This document shows positions 58,233-64,000 of a stretch of DNA of 64,000 bases, one piece after another (the stretch's first letter is position 1; the number at the start of each line of letters is the position of its first letter). The notes beneath the pieces were generated by a model. The model had not been told where the DNA came from and did not search any database. It saw only the letters and a list, made by a program, of their open reading frames with translations. The translations under genes were made by a program, and so were the position numbers. Source of the stretch: an uncultured Planctomycetota bacterium (GTDB lineage: Bacteria; Planctomycetota; Planctomycetia; Gemmatales; Gemmataceae); the NCBI GenBank assembly GCA_963849325.1, contig CAWKHF010000005.1, forward strand, positions 352,001 through 416,000, given 5' to 3'.

Positions 58233-59537
58233 ATGAATAGCAGCGACACGACTCGGGACAGCGCCTCGCGGCGCGATTTCCTCAAGACGACGACGGTGGC
58301 GGCTGGCGCCGCCCTGGTCAGCAACCTGAGCCTGGCGCCGGCGGTCCACGCCGCCGGCAGCGATCAGATCAAGGTCGGCATCATCGGCTGCGGCGGCCGC
58401 GGCGGCGGCGCCGGCGAAGACGTCCTTCGCTCCGCCAAGGGCGTCACCATCCATGCTCTAGGCGACGTGTTCTCGTTCCAGGTGGACGGCGCCCGCGGCC
58501 GTCTTTCCAAGCTCGCCCAGAAGGACGACATCAAGGGCATGGGCAACAGCGTGGACGTGGATGGCCGTTGTTTCAGCGGTCTGGACGCCTACAAGCAGGT
58601 GCTCGACAGCGGCATCAACTACGTCATCCTGGCCACCTCGCCGGGCTTCCGGCCCATCCACCTGCAAGCGGCCGTCGCCGCCGGCAAGAACATCTTCACC
58701 GAGAAGCCCGTCGGCGTGGACGGACCCGGTATCCGCAAGGTGCTCGAAGCCTACGAGGAAGCCCAGAAGAAGGGCCTGCACATCGCCGCCGGCACCCAGC
58801 GCCGCCATCAGCTGCCCTACATCGAGACGATGAAGCGCATTCACGACGGCGCCATCGGCGACATTGTCGGCGGTCGTGGCTACTGGATGCAGGGCATCCT
58901 GTGGGCGCGCGATCCGCGGCCGGAGATGACCACCGATGTCGCCAAGCAAATTTGGAACTGGTACAACTACACCTGGCTGTGCGGCGATCACATCGTCGAG
59001 CAGCACGTTCACAACCTCGACGTGCTCAACTGGGCCATCGGCACGCACCCCGTCAGCGCCGTCGGCATGGGTTATCGCACTCGTACCGACCCGCGCTACG
59101 GCCACATCTACGACTTCTTCGCCATCGACTTCAAGTATCCCAAGGGCGTCCACACGCTGAGCATGTGCCGGCAGATCAGCAACTGCGCCAGCGAGGTCGG
59201 CGAATACCTGGTCGGCACCAAGGGCATGTGCCACGTCAACGCCTACAACATCAACGGCAAGAGGGTCGCCGGCAAGGGCGGCACCAATCCCTACGTGCAG
59301 GAACACACCGACCTGATCGAGAGCATCCGTACCGACAAGCCGCTCAACGAACTGAAACAGGTGGCCGAGAGCACGCTGACAGCCATCCTGGGCCGCATGT
59401 CGGCGTATACCGGCAAGGAAGTGTCGTGGGAGCAGGCGCTCAACTCCAAGGAAGACACGATGCCCAAGGATCTGACCTGGGAGATGAGTTTGCCGATGCC
59501 GCCGGTCGCGGTCCCCGGCAAGACGGCGCTGATTTGA
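58233..59537 (+). CDS. Tat-exported Gfo/Idh/MocA oxidoreductase, copy 1
   Basis: SRRDFLK; IGCGGRG; EKP; GTQRRH; GDHIVEQHVHNLD. Confidence 0.95.
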   Translation: MNSSDTTRDSASRRDFLKTTTVAAGAALVSNLSLAPAVHAAGSDQIKVGIIGCGGRGGGAGEDVLRSAKGVTIHALGDVFSFQVDGARGRLSKLAQKDDIKGMGNSVDVDGRCFSGLDAYKQVLDSGINYVILATSPGFRPIHLQAAVAAGKNIFTEKPVGVDGPGIRKVLEAYEEAQKKGLHIAAGTQRRHQLPYIETMKRIHDGAIGDIVGGRGYWMQGILWARDPRPEMTTDVAKQIWNWYNYTWLCGDHIVEQHVHNLDVLNWAIGTHPVSAVGMGYRTRTDPRYGHIYDFFAIDFKYPKGVHTLSMCRQISNCASEVGEYLVGTKGMCHVNAYNINGKRVAGKGGTNPYVQEHTDLIESIRTDKPLNELKQVAESTLTAILGRMSAYTGKEVSWEQALNSKEDTMPKDLTWEMSLPMPPVAVPGKTALI

Positions 59538-59632
59538 CGAAACGAATGGCTTGACAAGCCCACCGCGCCGGCGACGGAATGGTCTCGCCGTCGGCGCGGG
59601 GGGCGGGTAGCCCGAATCAGGAAAGACCGAGC

Positions 59633-60951
59633 ATGAACGACCCCAACACGAATCGGAAGCGCGCCACGCGGCGTGATTTCCTCAAAACGACGACGGTGGC
59701 GGCCGGCGCCGCCGTGATCGGCAACCTGAGTCTGGCGCCGGCGGTCCACGCCGCCGGCAGCGATCGAATCAAGGTTGGTCTTATCGGTTGCGGCGGTCGC
59801 GGCAGCGGCGCCGCCGAGAATGTGTTGTCCGCCGCGCCGGGCGTCCACATCGTGGCCCTGGGCGACGTTTTCGCCGACCGTCTCCAGGCGGCCCGCGACC
59901 AGCTGACGAAATTCGCCGCGCAAAAGGAGATCCAGGAGCGTGGCAACGCCATCGATCTGCCGGAGTCGCGCTGCTTTGTCGGGCTGGACGCTTACGACAA
60001 GGTGATCAACTGTGCGGAAGTCAACTACGTGATTCTGGCGACGCCGCCCGGCTTCCGTCCCCTTCACCTGCAAGCGGCCGTCGCCGCCGGCAAGAACATC
60101 TTCGCCGAGAAACCCGTCGGCGTGGACGGACCGGGTATCCGCAAAGTGCTGGCCGCCTACGAAGAGGCCCAGAAAAAGGGCCTGCACATTGTCGCCGGCA
60201 CGCAACGCCGCCATCAACGAGCTTATCTGGAAACCCTGAAGCACATCCAGGACGGAGCGATCGGCGAGCTGGTCGGCGGCCGCTGTTACTGGAACCAGGG
60301 TACGCTGTGGAAGCGTCTGGCCAAGCCGGGCGTGACCGACGTCGCCTATCAGATTCACAACTGGTACGCCTTCCCCTGGCTGAGCGGCGATCACATCGTC
60401 GAGCAGCACGTCCACAATCTCGACGTGCTCAACTGGGCGTTCGGCGCCCGCCGGTGGCGGCCGTGGGCATGGGCTACCGCGTGCCCCGCGATGAGGGCTT
60501 CGGTCCCATTTACAACTTCTTCGCCATCGACCTGGAGTATCCCAAGGGCGTCCACGCCCTGAGCATGTGCCGTCAAATCGACAACTGCGTCAACGAGATT
60601 GGCGAGCACCTCGTCGGCAGCAAGGGCCACTGCCACGTCAACGCCTACAACCTCAACGGCAACGTCCTGTTCAAGCGCGCCCAGTTGAAGCAACATGCCA
60701 ACCCCTACGTGCAGGAGCACACCGACCTGATCGAGAGCATCCGCTCCGGCAAGCCGCTCAACGAGCTGAAACAGGTGGCCGAGTGTACGCTGACGGCCAT
60801 CCTGGGCCGCATGTCGGCGTACACCGGCAAGCGTGTCTCGTGGGAGCAGGCGCTGAACTCGAAGGAAGACACCATGCCCAAGGATCTGACCTGGGACACG
60901 CACTTGACGGTGCCGCCGGTGGCCATGCCCGGCAAGACGCCGCTGATTTGA
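59633..60951 (+). CDS. Tat-exported Gfo/Idh/MocA oxidoreductase, copy 2 (frameshift about 60448)
   Basis: TRRDFLK; same motifs as copy 1; tandem paralog. Confidence 0.93.
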
Positions 60952-60966
60952 CGGACGAGCCGCACA

Positions 60967-61000
60967 TCCACCCGGAGGGTCGGGCGACGCTCCGGGTGGA
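60967..61000. terminator. Hairpin between convergent genes
   Basis: TCCACCCGGAG...CTCCGGGTGGA. Confidence 0.5.
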
Positions 61001-61027
61001 CGGCGATCGATGGCCAGCTCTCTCCGC

Positions 61028-61877
61028 TCACGTCTCCGGGTCGATCCCCAACGCACGCAGTTGGGCGGCCAGTCGCTCGGCGCGTTGGCGTTCCTGCTCG
61101 GCGCGTTGCCGTTCTTGCTCGGCGCGTTGGCGCTGCTGCTTGGTTCGCTTTCGCGCGCTGGGTCTGTTGCTCGGCCTGTTCGGTGCGTTCCTGGCCGGTG
61201 GGTATGAGGAAGCCGTCGCGGTCGCACCAACGCAGCCAGTTGCGTTCGGACCACTCTTCATAAACGCCATCCCATAACGTCAAGCCCAGTCCCACCTTGG
61301 GCAGCCACGCGGTCTTGGCAGGTCGATAGACGCCCCCGCGCAAAGCGAAGACGCGCAGGATGCCGCCGTCCAAGTGATTATCCGGATCGTAAATGACGTA
61401 ATAGGGGACCGGGATGCTCTCGTATTCGTCCTTCTTGTAGTCCTCCTCGCCGCCGCGGCGATCCGAGACGAACTCGATGGCCACTTCCGGCGGTTTGCCG
61501 ACGATCCAGGTGAAGTAAGAATTGTTCTCTTTCCGCGACAGATCTCTGCCGACGGGGTAATCGAGGCTGAGCATGACGTCCGGAACCAGCGGTGGTTTCT
61601 TCGAGTAGAAGAGTCCCACGTTGGAGAAAACCACGAAGGTGCGGCCGCCCGCCGGCTTCCACGACACGTACAACGGCTCGGTTAGCAGCCGGTACTGCTT
61701 TTCCGCGTAGATGCTTTCCACGGGTTCGCCGTCCTCGATGACCAGATCGTCGATATTGGGCCACTCTTGGGATGGTAATGGGGAAGGCGTATTATCACCT
61801 GGTCCAGTCGGCGACCACGAAGGGGGGTCCAGTGGATTCGTGGGATCGATGATGTCGTCGTCCACAGCGTCTCCCAT
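61028..61877 (-). CDS. Uma2/DUF820 family endonuclease-like protein with coiled-coil tail (frameshift about 61150)
   Basis: EDGEPVES..EKQ.RLL, PDVMLSL, PPEVAIEFVS, YYVIYDP, WLRWCD; AEQERQR repeats; LRALGIDP. Confidence 0.9.
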
Positions 61878-61980
61878 CGGTAAGGGGGGAGAATGACGGA
61901 GAGATCTGTTGGCGATTGTAGCGGCGGGAGAGGGAGAAAGGGTAGCCCGGTTGCCGCTGGCGGCTTCGTGTCTGTCCGTT

Positions 61981-62090
61981 AAGCCCCTCTCCCCCGGTAC
62001 TCCGGGGGAGAGGGGTTGGGGTGCGGATTCCGCGGGTTTGTCGCCCCCTCACCCCCAACCCCTCTCCCCCGAGTACGGGGGAGAGGGGGG
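61981..62090. repeat. Composite palindromic repeat, copy 2
   Basis: Near-identical to 23074-23186. Confidence 0.85.
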
Positions 62091-62140
62091 CTTACGGGAC
62101 CGACTCTTAGCGTTCCTCGCCAAGCCGCCGGCGGCCCCGA

Positions 62141-64000
62141 TCACTTATTCTCGTACTTCCGCAGGATCTCCTCGCGCGGCACGCCGGCGATCGACTCGAA
62201 GCCGCCCGCCAGGATCAGGTCGGCCAGCTGGCTCACGTCGCGGAAGTAGCGATCGCTCGGCCGTTTGCCCGTCAGCTTGCGGCGCAGATCCTGACACAAA
62301 ATGTCCGCGGCGGCGGCCGAGGCTTCGTTGCCCTGGCGATGGCCCCACAGGGCCGTCACCAGAATGACCACGTTGTCCTGCATGCGCTGCGACAACTCGG
62401 CCATGCGGCACTGGCGATCGGCCAGCTTGAGCTGATACTTCTCCATCGCGCCCGTCACCTCGCCGCGCAGCCGGCCGAAGCCGTCCAGGGCGAAATCGAC
62501 GTGATCGGCCAGGCGTTTGTCCATGCCCGGCACCTGCTGGCGATCGCGCGGCGCGAGCATTTGACCGACTTTCCAGCGTGCATAAGGGGCCAATTCTTTG
62601 CGCAGCTTCCAGGCGTGCAGCGGGTTGAGCGGGTTGGGCTTCTTGATCCCTAGCCGTTGCACCGCCTTGCCGATCGGCTCGAAGAAGCGCTTGCCGTGCT
62701 CCTTGACCAGCGACTTGAAGAACGCCATGCCCAGCATCTCGCCCTCGCCCTCGTAGATGCACGGGGCCAGGAAGTCGTAGACGTTGTCGCCGAAGAGGTG
62801 GCCCTTGAGGAACGAGCGGCCGCCGTGCGTCTTCATGAACAGCTCGATGGCGGCTTCCTTCATGGCCTCGCTGCCGAAAATCTTGGCGATGATGCACTCC
62901 ATCTCGCCGCGGTAGCCCTCGTCGATCAGCCAGGAACCCCAGGCCACCAGGGCGTCGGCGCCGGCGATGAGCCCGGCCAGGCGGGCGATGCGCCGCTTGA
63001 CCAGCTCGCGCGTGGCGATGGGCTGGCCGTAGGTGCGGCGAAACTCGGCCCACGGCAGCAGGTTGGCCAGCATCACGCCGCATGCTGCCGGCCGCTCCGG
63101 CACACAGCGACACGCGGCCCAGGTTCAGGCCGTGATAGGCGATGGTCAGACCGTCGCCGATCGGCGGCTTGAGCAGGTTTTCCTTCGGCACGCGGAAATT
63201 CGTGAAGCGCAGGCCGTTGTTGTAGGCGTGCCGCAGGGCGTACAGACCATAGGGCACGACCTGGAAATGCTCGTTCTCCTGGGTCGGCAGATCGACAACG
63301 AGCACGGCCGGCTTGCCGTCGAGCAGCACCACCAGGCCGGCGGTGCGGCCGGGGATGACGTTGGTGATGAACAGCTTTTCGCCGTTGACGACGTAGTAGT
63401 CGCCGTCGAGTACGGCGGTGGTGCGCAGGGCGGTGAGGTCGGAGCCGGCGCCCGGCTCGGTCAGGGCGAAGCCGGACAGCGCCTGGCCGTTGGCGAGCCT
63501 GGGCAGAAAGCGCTCCTTCTGCTCCGGGCGTGCCGAAGGTGCGCACCGGATCGACGGCGCCGATGCAGCCGTGGATCGAGGCCAGGCCGGCGATCATGGC
63601 ATCCTGCGTCGCCATGCGCGTCAGGAAGTTGCTGAAGCGCGCGAACGGCGCGCCCTGTCCGCCGTAGCGCGGATCGATGAGCAGACCCCAGTAGCCGGCG
63701 CCGGCCAACTCCTGAAGCGTCTGGGGCGAGACCTTGCCGTGCTCGTCGTGGATCTGGCCCTCGGCGCGGCGGCGGCGGACGATCTCGAGCGACGCCTCCA
63801 TGCAGCGATCGCATGGCGCGGACGCCGGCAGCGGCGGCGGAGAGAACAGATCGAGCGGCACGTGGCCGTCCCAGACCGCCTTGTGGATGGGGCTGTTGGC
63901 CGTCTGGTACTGCGGCTTGAAGAGCGATTCGACCTGTTCGTCGGCCCGGTCCACGGCGCCGGTGCGCCGAGCTTCCTCTTCCGTCTTGCCGCCCAGCCGC
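62141..64000 (-). CDS. Acyl-CoA dehydrogenase family protein (5' end outside window; frameshifts)
   Basis: GYWGL.I...[47 protein letters not shown]. Confidence 0.92.

Overview
A 64-kb GC-rich bacterial window, very probably from a Planctomycetota (Gemmataceae-like) genome. The markers are Planc_extracel-type LExLEDR N-termini, a TIGR03000 protein, DUF4058, prenyltransferase-repeat proteins, kinase-WD40 and kinase-tubulin fusions, and mfnB. All gene calls come from motif recognition by eye; no database search was run. Many genes carry 1-bp frameshifts, including housekeeping ones (ruvB, moaA, rluA), which points to an indel-prone consensus rather than mass pseudogenisation. Housekeeping genes (scpA, rluA, ctpA-like, hflX, ispF, cysS, ruvCAB, moaA) alternate with accessory blocks. 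These blocks are: ECF/mfnB/ASCH/kinase-tubulin; a lower-GC ECF + peptide + twin prenyltransferase-repeat + surface-protein island; a TadE-TadE-TadG cassette between two paralogous ABC permeases; three toxin-antitoxin pairs; an IS4 element bracketed by a host repeat; a kinase with about 15 near-identical WD40 repeats; and an ApbE / FGE-domain / Tat-Gfo cluster. About 16 REP-like palindromes or heptamer/nonamer inverted repeats lie between genes, and several supply the stop codon of a neighbouring gene. The best candidate for an undescribed system is the ApbE-FGE-Gfo cluster: its FGE-domain protein carries DAVTRPT, spaced like the ApbE flavinylation motif. No rRNA, tRNA or CRISPR array was recognised.
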